Shown here: piece after piece, positions 63,095 to 64,000 of the stretch
How positions within the stretch are numbered: position 1 is the first letter of the stretch
Layout: each line of letters begins with the position of its first letter
Assembly (NCBI GenBank): GCA_050949045.1
Contig: JBMNEZ010000001.1
Span: forward strand, 736,001 to 800,000
Source of the DNA: Candidatus Izemoplasmatales bacterium
Lineage (GTDB): Bacteria; Bacillota_I; Bacilli_A; Izemoplasmatales; Hujiaoplasmataceae
Length of the DNA: 64,000 nucleotides
Direction of reading: 5' to 3'
Position numbers and translations under genes: made by a program
The notes under the pieces: generated by a model
Told to the model about the DNA's origin: nothing
The model's database searches: none
What the model saw: the letters and a program-made list of their open reading frames with translations, nothing else

Positions 63095-63150
63095 AGTCTA
63101 TGCATGATAAAATAATAGTATAATGGTTGATGTTTTATCATGCATAGACT
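63095..63150. repeat. perfect 18-bp inverted repeat with a 20-nt spacer
   Basis: AGTCTATGCATGATAAAA (63095-63112) / TTTTATCATGCATAGACT (63133-63150). Confidence 0.9.
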
Positions 63151-63235
63151 CTAAAGTCAGAATAAAAAAGAGATGTCAACCAACATCTCTCAATTGATTA
63201 ATCTTTCGCATCCGCCAATTGGAGTTCATCGTCTA

Positions 63236-63646
63236 TTACAAGACAATGAATTTATGATCAAAGAAATAGTTCAAGATCATCTTGCGAGTCACGATGCCAA
63301 CCAAAATTCCCGCATTATCGACAATCGGCACGAAGTTCTGGTCAGCGGCTTTCAAGATCAGTTCGTCCATATTGGCATCGAGTTGCACAGGCACATAGTC
63401 GCGATGACGATGGACGGACCCTACCTGAATATTATCGGCCTTTTTCAAATTGAAATCACCCATTTTTTTGATTTCCCATAAAAAATCGCCTTCGGTGATC
63501 GTCCCTATATATCGCCCTTCACGATTAAGCACCGGGATCGAGGCAAACCTGTATTTCTCCATTTCTTCGAGCGCGGCCTTGACCGAAGTGTCGTCATAGA
63601 CACAGACGACTTCACTTCTGGGCTTCAAAAATGACATTATCTTCAT
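63236..63646 (-). CDS. CBS domain pair protein (YkuL-like)
   Basis: IPVLNREGRYIGTITEGD and FVPIVDNAGILVGIVTR. Confidence 0.9.
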   Translation of the reverse strand: MKIMSFLKPRSEVVCVYDDTSVKAALEEMEKYRFASIPVLNREGRYIGTITEGDFLWEIKKMGDFNLKKADNIQVGSVHRHRDYVPVQLDANMDELILKAADQNFVPIVDNAGILVGIVTRKMILNYFFDHKFIVL

Positions 63647-63799
63647 AATCTGCTCTCCTTAATACAGCAAGATTGTTTTTCCAAACAGTATTATACCATA
63701 AATCCCGATAATTAAAAAACAGCAACATGAAAAACCCTTGAATCCGGCTGACAAATAAATGCCTTTTGCTTAAGTATTTGATTCTTGATGGAGACACAA

Positions 63800-64000
63800 A
63801 TGGACGGTTCCATAAAACATCATGGCTTTGGGCCACACTTTGACAACGATTCCGCAATCCTGATCCTTGGCAGTTTTCCCTCGATCGTCTCCAGACAAAG
63901 AGGTTTTTACTACATGCATCCCCGCAATCGCTTCTGGCAGGTGCTATCCCTTGTATATGACGATGACTTTTTAAACACCGACCTGTCAGTCAAGCGGAGG
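63800..64000 (+). CDS. UDG-superfamily (DNA-deoxyinosine glycosylase-like) protein, runs off the window
   Basis: HGFGPHFDNDSAILILGSFPSIVSRQRGFYYMHPRNRFW; GGAG RBS before ATG 63800. Confidence 0.85.
   Translation, partial: MDGSIKHHGFGPHFDNDSAILILGSFPSIVSRQRGFYYMHPRNRFWQVLSLVYDDDFLNTDLSVKRR

Overview
Bacterial window using genetic code 11. The gene content and protein style suggest a Mollicutes-related Bacillota such as Acholeplasmatales or Izemoplasmatales (inference). Positions 1-29.2 kb are moderate-GC core genome: hisS, acpP, dtd, rel, apt, recJ, nadC, parC/parE, plsY, tRNA-Gln/Leu, speA/speB, kbl/tdh and an AraC regulator. Inside it is a compact, probably undescribed peptide-signalling module. 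An Rgg/PlcR-like HTH-TPR regulator sits divergent from an unannotated 54-aa secreted propeptide gene. Two identical 25-bp boxes each lie exactly 19 nt before a -10 hexamer, one for the peptide gene and one for a membrane GGDEF-EAL gene. Positions 29.4-61.5 kb are mostly strongly AT-rich accessory DNA, arranged as two tandem cassette arrays anchored at the CCA ends of tRNA-Gly(GCC) and tRNA-Ala(CGC). Cassettes are bounded by in-register junctions (8-bp TGG-NN-CCA-like core plus a conserved ~200-bp arm), and no recombinase gene is visible in the window. Cargo: BspA-like LRR lipoprotein, AbiEi/AbiEii, AlbA_2 protein, GH43, DUF2075 helicase + MazG-like enzyme, nuclease-STAND NTPase, amino-MTase + nuclease-DGQHR pair, and a C5-MTase/MORC/Z1/DUF4420 operon, plus IS21, IS1182 and IS481-type elements. 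Core-like sequence resumes after tRNA-Ala (LRR protein, CBS protein, partial DNA glycosylase). All calls come from motif reading by eye; no database searches were run.
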